From Cytophagales bacterium (GTDB lineage Bacteria > Bacteroidota > Bacteroidia > Cytophagales > JAAEPT01): a stretch of 64,000 bases of DNA. The stretch is from contig OZ253953.1 of assembly GCA_965267335.1 (NCBI GenBank), positions 1,818,662 to 1,882,661 on the forward strand, in the 5' to 3' direction. Numbering within the stretch: the stretch's first letter is position 1; every line of letters starts with the position of its first letter. Below, piece after piece: positions 57,226 through 64,000 of the stretch. The position numbers and the translations under genes are program-made. Below the pieces are notes generated by a model that saw nothing but the letters and a program-made list of their open reading frames with translations, had not been told where the DNA came from and did not search any database.

Positions 57226-57249
57226 GGGACCATTATTGGTCCCTTTTTT
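57226..57249 (+). terminator. Orphan plus-strand Rho-independent terminator upstream of the tatD promoter
   Basis: The stem 'gggacca' (57226-57232) pairs with 'tggtccc' (57237-57243), with a 4-nt loop and a T6 run (57244-57249). A second hairpin precedes it: 'tgaacgt' (57187-57193) pairs with 'acgttca' (57203-57209). Confidence 0.6.
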
Positions 57250-57289
57250 ATTTAGGGTGATACCAGTTTTTACCTCGATGTGTACTTCT

Positions 57290-57297
57290 TATCTTTG
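57290..57297 (+). promoter_or_regulatory. Candidate -7 promoter box (TATCTTTG) for tatD
   Basis: Exact TAnnTTTG match, 18 nt upstream of the ATG at 57315. Confidence 0.3.
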
Positions 57298-57314
57298 TTG
57301 GAAATACCTATTTA

Positions 57315-58088
57315 ATGACATTTGTTGATACACACTCACACATTTATGCGCGACAGTTTCATGAAGATCTGGATGAAGCTCTGGAAAGATGCAGGAAGAA
57401 TGGGGTAGAAAAAATTTATATGCCTAACATTGATTCAAACTCCATTGAAGCAATGATGGCCGTTGAGGCCCGAGACCCGGACCGCTATGTTGCTACAATG
57501 GGAGTGCACCCCTGCTACGTGAAGGAGGATTTTGAGCAGGAGCTTGAAATTGCTGAAAACTGGCTTTCCAAACGTGACTTCCCTGCAATAGGGGAGATAG
57601 GGATTGATTTGTATTGGGATAAATCATTTTTTGACCAACAAAAGGAAGCCTTTATTATTCAGTGTGGTTGGGCTAAAGAAAAAGGCATTCCTATAATTAT
57701 ACATGCCAGGGAGTCTTTAGATGAGATATTTGAGGAGCTTGACAAAATCATGGATGAGTCACTTAAAGGGGTGTTTCATTGCTTTTCAGGTAATCTTGAC
57801 CAGGCGAAAAGAGCTTTGGACTACGGTTTCTATTTAGGGATTGGTGGTGTTGTCACTTTTAAGAATGGTGGATTGGATAAAGTGTTGCCTCAAATAGGTA
57901 TAGAAAAGCTGGTCTTGGAAACAGATTCGCCTTATCTGGCTCCGGTTCCCCACCGGGGTAAACGGAATGAATCCAGCTACATACCGATTATTGCTGAACG
58001 GGTAGCCGAGCTAACCGGTTTTGCAATTGAAGAAGTAGCACGCACGACCACAAGCAATGCTGGTCTCTTGTTTGGAGAAAAACCCTAG
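57315..58088 (+). CDS. tatD: TatD family metal-dependent hydrolase (DNase)
   Basis: 257-aa ORF. 'FVDTHSHIY' (HxH metal site), 'IGEIGIDLYW', 'IIHARES', 'VFHCFSG' and 'ETDSPYLAP' are canonical TatD/YcfH motifs. Confidence 0.9.
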   Translation: MTFVDTHSHIYARQFHEDLDEALERCRKNGVEKIYMPNIDSNSIEAMMAVEARDPDRYVATMGVHPCYVKEDFEQELEIAENWLSKRDFPAIGEIGIDLYWDKSFFDQQKEAFIIQCGWAKEKGIPIIIHARESLDEIFEELDKIMDESLKGVFHCFSGNLDQAKRALDYGFYLGIGGVVTFKNGGLDKVLPQIGIEKLVLETDSPYLAPVPHRGKRNESSYIPIIAERVAELTGFAIEEVARTTTSNAGLLFGEKP

Positions 58089-58209
58089 GAATTTATTTTC
58101 GTTTTTAATCAAAACAACTTGTAAAAACCGTGTATTCATGGTTATATTAAACCAAGTTAAGATTTCAAGGGCTATCAGAAGTATACTTCTGTTTAATAAA
58201 AAATGAATT

Positions 58210-58740
58210 ATGTTAGAATTTTTCTCGGAACTGTTTGACGTTTCGGACTGGCCACCTCGTTGGTCATGTGGCAAATGGTCTGATTTTCATGGATGGCTAT
58301 ATATCTTGTCGGATATTGCTATTTGGTTGGCCTACTTTGCTATTCCAATTGTATTGATTCTTTTTATTCAGAAACGAAGTGACACACCTTTTTTGCCCAT
58401 ATTTTGGTTGTTCGGTGCGTTTATTGTTCTCTGTGGGGCTACTCACTTGATAGATGCAATTATATTTTGGTGGCCTGCCTATCGTGTAAGTGCATTGGTC
58501 AAATTTTTTACTGGTGTGATTTCCTGGGTTACGGTGTTTGCATTAATACGAGTGTTACCAAAGGCACTGAGTCTGAAGTCACAGGATGAGCTCATACAGG
58601 AGGTGAAAAGGGCACAGAAAGCTGAGAATGATTTAAAACAAAAAAATGATGAGCTAAATAAAATGATTAAGCACATGAGTGGTAGGGAACGGAAGATGGC
58701 GGAGTTAAAAGAAGAAATCAAACGCTTAAAAGGAGGATAG
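58210..58740 (+). CDS. Stand-alone ETR1-type ethylene-binding-domain (EBD) membrane protein with C-terminal coiled coil
   Basis: 176-aa ORF with three TM helices that align without gaps to Arabidopsis ETR1 residues ~14-117 (ETR1 recalled from memory).
- 'LSDIAIWLAYFAIPIVLILFIQKRS' vs ETR1 '[24 protein letters not shown]'.
- 'FGAFIVLCGATHLI' is identical to ETR1 58-71.
- 'KFFTGVISWVTVFALIRVLPKALSLKS' vs ETR1 '[27 protein letters not shown]'.

Equivalents of ETR1 D25, Y32, I35, P36, C65 and H69 are D35, Y42, I45, P46, C75 (nt 58432-58434) and H79 (nt 58444-58446). The C-terminal ~55 aa are a charged heptad-like coiled coil. Confidence 0.8.
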   Translation: MLEFFSELFDVSDWPPRWSCGKWSDFHGWLYILSDIAIWLAYFAIPIVLILFIQKRSDTPFLPIFWLFGAFIVLCGATHLIDAIIFWWPAYRVSALVKFFTGVISWVTVFALIRVLPKALSLKSQDELIQEVKRAQKAENDLKQKNDELNKMIKHMSGRERKMAELKEEIKRLKGG

Positions 58741-58742
58741 TC

Positions 58743-61040
58743 TTGAAAAGGAAGTCAAGAAATCTTGAAGCTCCGGTACTTTGGTTGATAGTCATTCTCG
58801 TGATATTAATTACAGCAGCGGCTGATATATTGCTGCCTTTGGGGATTGCAGGTGGTACTTTACAAATTTTTGTACCGCTGACTAGTTGGTTGTTTTATCG
58901 CAAAAGCGTAACTATAATTTTATCGGTTGCGAGTACGATTGTCATTATTATAGGATATCATTTATCTGATTCAGCAGCGGTTCCTGAGGCAATTGTATTA
59001 ACCAACCGCATGATTTCTATCACAGCAGTTTGGGTGGTTTGTTTACTCGTACTAAGAGCAGTTTCCGGTTCGAGAGAAAAAGACTCGCTTATTGCTAGCC
59101 TGGATGAACAGATAAAAGACAACGTAGCAGAGTTGGAAGAAAAAATGGAGGAGTATCAGATTACCAACACTCTGCTGGAAGAGTCTAAAGCTGCACTTAT
59201 CAATGTGATGGATGATCTCAACGAAAGCCAGGAAAGGTTTGACCTTGTTGTGCAGGGGGCAGGTGCTGGAATTTGGGATTGGCTCAAGATCAATGGAATT
59301 GAGCAGTGGTGGTCTGATAAATTTTATCTTCTATTGGATTATGAACCCGGTGAAATTCCAAGCACATTGGATTCATTCAAAGCCATACTACACCATGACG
59401 ATCATGAAAGGACTTTTCAATTGGTGGAACAACACTTTGAGAATAAAGTGCCCTTTCTCATGGAATACCGATTGAAGACCAAAAGTGGTGAGTATAAGTG
59501 GTTCATGGGTACAGGTAAGGCAGTGTGGGATGAGCAAGGAAACCCGGAACGGATGGTAGGCTCGATCATTGATATTCACCAACAGAAAACAACTGAGGAA
59601 TTGGTTGTGAAGCAACGTAACCTCCTGAATGAATCACAGAGGATTGCAAATCTGGGAAGCTACGAATGGTTTCCTCAAACAAATGAAGTTGTCTGGTCTG
59701 ATCAGATTTATGAAATACTTGAAATCGCCCCCGAAGAGCATGATGGTACTGTAGACAAAATTTTCGAATTGATACACCCTGATGACAAGGAAATGGTCAT
59801 GCAGATCAGTCAAAAAGCCATAGAATTAGGGAAAGCAATACCAGCCGAGTATAGGATTATTACTCCAAAAGGGAACCTGAAGTTAATCAAAGGAGAAGGG
59901 CATCACGAGCTTGATGCTGACGGAAATTTACTTAGAATCTATGGTACCCTTAAAGATATTACAGAGCGAGCCGAAGTACAGAACAGGTTAGAGTTATTTT
60001 TTAATCAATCATTGGAATTGATATGTGTGGCCAATGCTGAAGGTTATTTTCTGGAACTAAACCCAAGGTGGGAAGAAGTGTTGGGCTTTACTGAAGATGA
60101 GCTGAAGTCCAAGCCCTTTGTTGACTTTGTTCATCCCGAAGACGTGGAAGCAACGATATTGGAAGCTCAGAAACTTGCGAAGGGCCATCGGAGTATATCT
60201 TTCATTAATCGATACCGCACCAAGAGTGGTGACTATAAATGGTTGGAATGGACGGCTGCAACAGATTCTTTGACAGGACTATTGCTTTCAGTGGCCAGAG
60301 ATATTACCGAACAAAAACAAGCTAAGGATCTCCTCGAACAGCAAAAAAATGAACTTGAATCGAAGAACCAAGAACTCGAACAGTTTACCTATATAGCTTC
60401 TCATGATTTGCAGGAGCCTTTACGTACAATGATCAATTTTGCCAAACTTTTGTCCGACAGGTACGCCAGTGAATTGGATGATAGCGCTAATAAATTTTTA
60501 GGGTTTATGGTAGGTGCCTCGGAGCGAATGCAAATGTTGATTACAAGCTTGTTGGATTACTCAAGGATCGGGTCTAAAGGAGAGCTTGAACTTATAGATG
60601 TGTCTGTACTGCTTGATGGAGTCATAGCTGATTTGGCGGCTACGATTGAGGAAAGAAAGGCAAAGATACAGGTAGGGAAGATGCCAGAAATACATTGTCA
60701 CCCTGTTGAGATAAGGCTGCTATTCCAAAACCTAATTAGTAATGCAATTCGCTACTCAAGAGAAGGGGTGCCTCCGGAAGTTAAAATTACTCAGGAAAGG
60801 GAAGGAAATTATTGGAAGTTTACGGTATCTGATAATGGTCAGGGAATCGAAGAAAAACATTTTGATAAAATATTCATCATTTTTCAGCGCCTAAGCAATG
60901 AGACAAAAGGTTCAGGAATCGGCCTTTCACACTGCAAGAAGATTGTGGAGATTCATCATGGAAAGATTTGGGTGGAGTCAGAAGTGGGTGTCGGCTCGAA
61001 ATTTATATTTACTATCCCGGTTAACCTTAAAACTAAGTAG
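58743..61040 (+). CDS. Membrane-anchored PAS-PAS-PAS sensor histidine kinase (no receiver domain)
   Basis: 765-aa ORF with a TTG start 2 nt after the EBD gene stop; 'aggagg' lies 7-12 nt upstream. About four N-terminal TM helices and a coiled coil are followed by three PAS/PAC modules ('GIWDW...', 'LGSYEW...', 'LICVANAEGYF...KWLEW'). The HisKA H-box is 'FTYIASHDLQEPLR'. The HATPase_c motifs are 'NLISNAIRY', 'VSDNGQGI' and 'GSGIGLSHCKKIV'. Confidence 0.9.
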   Translation: MKRKSRNLEAPVLWLIVILVILITAAADILLPLGIAGGTLQIFVPLTSWLFYRKSVTIILSVASTIVIIIGYHLSDSAAVPEAIVLTNRMISITAVWVVCLLVLRAVSGSREKDSLIASLDEQIKDNVAELEEKMEEYQITNTLLEESKAALINVMDDLNESQERFDLVVQGAGAGIWDWLKINGIEQWWSDKFYLLLDYEPGEIPSTLDSFKAILHHDDHERTFQLVEQHFENKVPFLMEYRLKTKSGEYKWFMGTGKAVWDEQGNPERMVGSIIDIHQQKTTEELVVKQRNLLNESQRIANLGSYEWFPQTNEVVWSDQIYEILEIAPEEHDGTVDKIFELIHPDDKEMVMQISQKAIELGKAIPAEYRIITPKGNLKLIKGEGHHELDADGNLLRIYGTLKDITERAEVQNRLELFFNQSLELICVANAEGYFLELNPRWEEVLGFTEDELKSKPFVDFVHPEDVEATILEAQKLAKGHRSISFINRYRTKSGDYKWLEWTAATDSLTGLLLSVARDITEQKQAKDLLEQQKNELESKNQELEQFTYIASHDLQEPLRTMINFAKLLSDRYASELDDSANKFLGFMVGASERMQMLITSLLDYSRIGSKGELELIDVSVLLDGVIADLAATIEERKAKIQVGKMPEIHCHPVEIRLLFQNLISNAIRYSREGVPPEVKITQEREGNYWKFTVSDNGQGIEEKHFDKIFIIFQRLSNETKGSGIGLSHCKKIVEIHHGKIWVESEVGVGSKFIFTIPVNLKTK

Positions 61041-61321
61041 GGTGACAACCCTAACCAGCTCTGTTCGTAATTAAACTTACCAGTATCGCAACAAAAGAGT
61101 GATCAAGCGAGGAACCGGATAAAGTTCACCTACCAGAAACTAAATTCTGCGGGTCAATCTACTACGGCCGGGTAACGGGAAAGATGAAATGTTATTCAAA
61201 GTTGCAGATTCTGGGGATTGTCTTTTGTGAAAAGCGTTGAGCTCAAAAGCAAAGTGAAATTATGTCTGAAACCGAGGAGAAGTTGGAACTACGTACCGGT
61301 TTATCTTAAAGCACAATTGAG

Positions 61322-62092
61322 TTGAAGAAAGAGCAGAGCCCACATTATAATGCTAACTATAAGTCTTTGAATGGACTGAAAGTCCTTCTGGTTGAGAGTA
61401 ATGAATTTAATCGACAGATAGGTCAGGACTTCCTTGAGTCTTGGGACATAAAAACGGATGTGTGCAGCAATGCTGAAAGTGCGGTCATACAAGCGACAAA
61501 AGGCAAATATGATTTAATCCTTATGGATATTCAAATGCCTCTTCTGGATGCTTTTACAGCGACCGAAAAAATAAGAGAGTATAAACCACATATTCCTATT
61601 TTGGCACTTACTGCAGCTTCATACATAATGATTCAGAATAGAGCCAAGGAGGTGGGTATGAATGGAGTTATCTCCAAACCATTTGACCCTGAAGAACTAT
61701 ATAATAAAATTGTCGATGCAACGAACTACCTTAATGCAAAGCATAATAAGATTCAGGGGTTTGACTTTTCGTTCCTGGATACCTTGACCAAGGGATCTGC
61801 AGAAAAGAAGCAAAAATACATTGACTTGTTCCTGTCAACGATGGAAAGCAGTATGACTGAGTTCGATACTGCCTTTGCTGAATTGGATGCGCAAGCAATT
61901 AAGCGGATTATTCATAAGCAAGCTTCCTCTTTGAAAATCGTAGGACACAACGAATTAGCGCTAAGAGCCAGCGAAATTGAGTTAGCTCTGGAAAAAGGTA
62001 GTCATCCTGAAGAATTGCGGAAAGAGATTGCAGCCTACAAAAATGAACTTGAGAGTAATGTTATTCTACTGAAAAAATACCAAAAAATATAA
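61322..62092 (+). CDS. Receiver (REC) + histidine phosphotransfer (HPt) fusion protein
   Basis: 256-aa ORF with an apparent TTG start (no in-frame ATG near the 5' end). REC features are 'KVLLVESNE', phospho-acceptor 'LILMDIQMP', 'ILALTA' and 'ISKPF'. The C-terminal four-helix HPt has 'IIHKQASSLKIVG' (H..K.....G). Confidence 0.8.
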   Translation: MKKEQSPHYNANYKSLNGLKVLLVESNEFNRQIGQDFLESWDIKTDVCSNAESAVIQATKGKYDLILMDIQMPLLDAFTATEKIREYKPHIPILALTAASYIMIQNRAKEVGMNGVISKPFDPEELYNKIVDATNYLNAKHNKIQGFDFSFLDTLTKGSAEKKQKYIDLFLSTMESSMTEFDTAFAELDAQAIKRIIHKQASSLKIVGHNELALRASEIELALEKGSHPEELRKEIAAYKNELESNVILLKKYQKI

Positions 62093-62478
62093 TGGAAGGA
62101 AAAATCACTTGTGTTACAGTAGAGGATGATGAATTAATGTCATCGATACTTAAAGACTTAATAGAAGAAAAACAGGATTTGGAGTTGTTGGAGCAGTTCA
62201 CAAATGGAGAAGTGGCTTTGAATCGCATCAATGAAATTCAACCGGATTTGATATTTTTAGATATAAATATGCCGGGAATTGATGGACTTGAGATGTTTGA
62301 TAATCTGGATTTCCAAACCTTTGTTATTATAATATCCGGGTCCAAGATAAGGAAAGAAGAAGGGGAGGAGATACCACACGTTGTTGCCTTTTTGGACAAA
62401 CCGGTTGATCATATTTCGTTCAATAAGGCAATAAGTGTTGCGGTAAAATTCGTAGAGCTGGATAGGAATTTATCCTAA
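62092..62478 (+). CDS. Single-domain response regulator (REC only)
   Basis: 128-aa ORF whose ATG overlaps the upstream TAA by 1 nt (TAATG). REC motifs are 'VTVEDDE', 'LIFLDINMPGIDG', 'VIIISG' and 'FLDKPV'. Confidence 0.75.
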   Translation: MEGKITCVTVEDDELMSSILKDLIEEKQDLELLEQFTNGEVALNRINEIQPDLIFLDINMPGIDGLEMFDNLDFQTFVIIISGSKIRKEEGEEIPHVVAFLDKPVDHISFNKAISVAVKFVELDRNLS

Positions 62479-62552
62479 TTTTTTCTAGTCCTGCACATAG
62501 ATTTGAGAATTGAGGACTTTTTTATCTAACTTAATTCTTCTTGAGCGCAACT

Positions 62553-63248
62553 ATGAGTAATCCCCTAAAAACTGTCATAATTGATGATGATCCACTCTCT
62601 ACTGAAGTTGTAACTTCATTGATAGATGATGTTGAGAATATTGAGTTGGTAGGAAGCTTTAATGACCCTGTTGAGGCAGTTAAGTTTTTGTCAACCCATC
62701 TGGTCGATGTATTGATTTTGGATGTAGAAATGCCAAAGATCAACGGATTGGAGATTATCGATAATATTGATCAAAACCCATTTGTGATCCTTATTTCAGG
62801 TAAAAAGGAGTACGCATTGGAAGCTTTTGATTATGATGTGGTTGACTATATCACTAAACCGCCAACACTTTCCCGCTTTCTTAAGGCAGTAGACAAAGTT
62901 AAAGAAAGGATTCACGGGAGATCCTCCGGACCATCTTCGGATCATATTTTCTTGAAGGTGGATTCCCAGTTAGTCAATTTCAAATTATCAGAGTTCTATT
63001 TCTTTGAGGCCTATGGCGACTACGTAAAGGCTCATGTGAAAGATAAATTTGTTGTAATTAAGCATACCCTAAGCTCAGTAGAAAAGAAGTTACCCGATGA
63101 TCAGTTTTTGAGGGTACACCGGTCCTACATTGTTCGTCTTGATAAAATATCGAACATCGAAGCATCGGCTATTGAAATTAAGGGGCAGATTATACCAATC
63201 GGAGGTAGCTTTAAAGATGTCCTGATGAGAAGGATTCGAACCTTATAA
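62553..63248 (+). CDS. LytTR/LytR-AlgR family response regulator (REC + LytTR DNA-binding domain)
   Basis: ATG 62553 is preferred over the track's TTG 62541. REC motifs are 'VIIDDDP', 'VLILDVEMPKINGLE', 'VILISG' and 'DYITKP'. The LytTR domain has 'IFLKVDSQLVNF...FFEAYGDYVKAHV...FLRVHRSYIVRLDKI'. Confidence 0.9.
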   Translation: MSNPLKTVIIDDDPLSTEVVTSLIDDVENIELVGSFNDPVEAVKFLSTHLVDVLILDVEMPKINGLEIIDNIDQNPFVILISGKKEYALEAFDYDVVDYITKPPTLSRFLKAVDKVKERIHGRSSGPSSDHIFLKVDSQLVNFKLSEFYFFEAYGDYVKAHVKDKFVVIKHTLSSVEKKLPDDQFLRVHRSYIVRLDKISNIEASAIEIKGQIIPIGGSFKDVLMRRIRTL

Positions 63249-63339
63249 AGGCCCGGTTGAAAGTCGATATTACTGAGTTCATCGACAGTTTTCAAATATT
63301 AGAAATGGAGCACGTATTTTAAGATATAAATCTTAAGAT

Positions 63340-63495
63340 ATGAGACTAATGATTATTTTTTTGTGCAGTTCAGTTCTCCTGTTCTTGATGGTTGTTTATA
63401 CTGATTCAACTGCGTTTCATTCATTTGCCGGTGTATGTATGGTTGTGATAACCATTTATTCGGTGCGTGCTGCTTACTTGAATAAATTGGAATAG
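63340..63495 (+). CDS. Possible 51-aa two-helix hydrophobic small protein (below the ORF-track size cut-off)
   Basis: My own translation is MRLMIIFLCSSVLLFLMVVYTDSTAFHSFAGVCMVVITIYSVRAAYLNKLE. It has two hydrophobic stretches separated by a short polar loop. There is no homology evidence. It overlaps a track ORF on the opposite strand (63353..63559) that looks non-coding. Confidence 0.25.
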   Translation: MRLMIIFLCSSVLLFLMVVYTDSTAFHSFAGVCMVVITIYSVRAAYLNKLE

Positions 63496-63792
63496 TTGTG
63501 AGAATATGCTGATACCGAAAAGGTGTTGCAACATTTAACTGCTGATTTTTGGAATTCAACGATGATCTGGATGGACCTGTCTATAATAAATTTTTCGCAC
63601 CACAGTTTTCTATACCTTTATCACATAGTAATCAAGAGGTTGAGGGTTTACTGTCCAGTTAAGGCCGCATTTACGTGTTGCTTGAATACATCAGAAAACG
63701 TAGTTGGTGTGCAGGTATTGTTAAAATATATAGGTTGGGAGTATTGTATGTTTTTGAATACCAAACTTGCGCAATGAGGGTTACTAGGTTGT

Positions 63793-63822
63793 AGGGATCA
63801 CACCTGGGTGGTCCCTTTTTTT
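63793..63822 (+). terminator. Rho-independent terminator with no assigned upstream gene
   Basis: The stem 'agggatcac' (63793-63801) pairs with 'gtggtccct' (63808-63816), 9 bp with one G-U pair. The loop is 6 nt and the T-run is 7 nt (63816-63822). Confidence 0.6.
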
Positions 63823-63901
63823 ATTGGCTTACCTCAAGGCTCACCAATAATTATTGCATTGTGACATATTTAGTAGTTAATTTGCAAACTCTTTTGAATA
63901 A

Positions 63902-63950
63902 AGAGAGGTGTCCCGTGGGGCGGGATTAAGGTGCACGCCTGGAAAGCGTG
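63902..63950 (+). other. tRNA-Ser 5'-half-like element (acceptor 5' strand + hairpin + GGA anticodon-arm mimic) directly upstream of the real tRNA-Ser
   Basis: 'agagaggtg' is identical to the first 9 nt of the downstream tRNA. It is followed by a perfect hairpin 'tcccg tgggg cggga', 'ttaagg', and then 'cacgc ctggaaa gcgtg' (compare the tRNA's 'cacgc ttggaaa gcg..'). There is no variable arm or T arm before the real tRNA starts 9 nt later. Confidence 0.4.
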
Positions 63951-63958
63951 CAATACAC

Positions 63959-64000
63959 AGAGAGGTGGCCGAGTGGCTTAAGGCGCACGCTTGGAAAGCG
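63959..64000 (+). tRNA. tRNA-Ser (anticodon GGA), 5' part only; truncated by the window end
   Basis: 'AGAGAGG TG GCCG AGTGGCTTAA GGCG CACGC TTGGAAA GCG...' comprises the acceptor 5' strand, U8-G9, a class-II D arm with the GG motif, and an anticodon stem-loop with U33-GGA-A37. The 3' half lies outside the window. Confidence 0.8.

Noticed and set aside
58210-61040. The EBD ORF and the histidine kinase ORF as one gene split by a frameshift (pseudogene or sequencing error)
   Set aside because: This is not favoured. The kinase ORF has its own Lys/Arg-rich N-terminus followed by about four TM helices. The kinase frame is closed by a TAG at 58683-58685, so only ~19 codons upstream are open. The EBD protein also ends in a complete coiled-coil segment. 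A frameshift cannot be formally excluded without resequencing, so the check is listed under the finding.

Overview
This 64-kb chromosomal segment reads as a Bacteroidota genome with a type IX secretion system (T9SS). I see both type A (Por_Secre_tail) and type B (gliding-motility CHU_C-type) C-terminal sorting domains, a PorP/SprF gene, TAnnTTTG-like -7 promoter boxes and moderately AT-rich DNA. All family calls come from motifs I recognise by eye. No searches were run.

Content from left to right:
- A pentameric ligand-gated-ion-channel-like membrane protein and a TMTC-like GT-C/TPR protein.
- A housekeeping block: glycerate kinase, CDF transporter, guaA, an LpoA-like TPR protein, hemL, dcd and a GH3 beta-glucosidase.
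- A propeller/Y_Y_Y sensor fused to a PP2C phosphatase.
- A tightly packed operon encoding a 3345-aa multidomain T9SS type-B cargo protein, its PorP/SprF partner, a TolB/OmpA-like protein and a small secreted protein.
- A GH16-CBM6 enzyme and a free-standing NUMOD4-HNH endonuclease-like gene.
- A second giant (2877-aa) type-B cargo protein built from an RCC1 propeller and about 17 copies of an 85-aa module.
- A 7TMR-DISM receptor fused to an IS1595-type zinc-ribbon/HTH module.
- A GH5-CBM6 cellulase carrying a Cys-rich 33-aa repeat array.
- Several small metabolic or hypothetical genes, an AraC regulator and tatD.
- A signalling cluster, followed by a partial tRNA-Ser(GGA) at the window edge.

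The most notable item is in that signalling cluster. Its first gene is a stand-alone protein whose three TM helices match the plant ETR1 ethylene-binding domain almost residue for residue, including the Cu-ligand Cys and His. It is translationally coupled to a PAS histidine kinase, and REC-HPt, REC and REC-LytTR proteins follow.

Other points worth a second look are the domesticated transposase DNA-binding module on a 7TM receptor, the prokaryotic pLGIC with extra N-terminal helices, repeat arrays conserved at protein level but diverged at synonymous sites, orphan terminators that suggest small RNAs, and a tRNA-Ser 5'-half-like element directly upstream of the tRNA.
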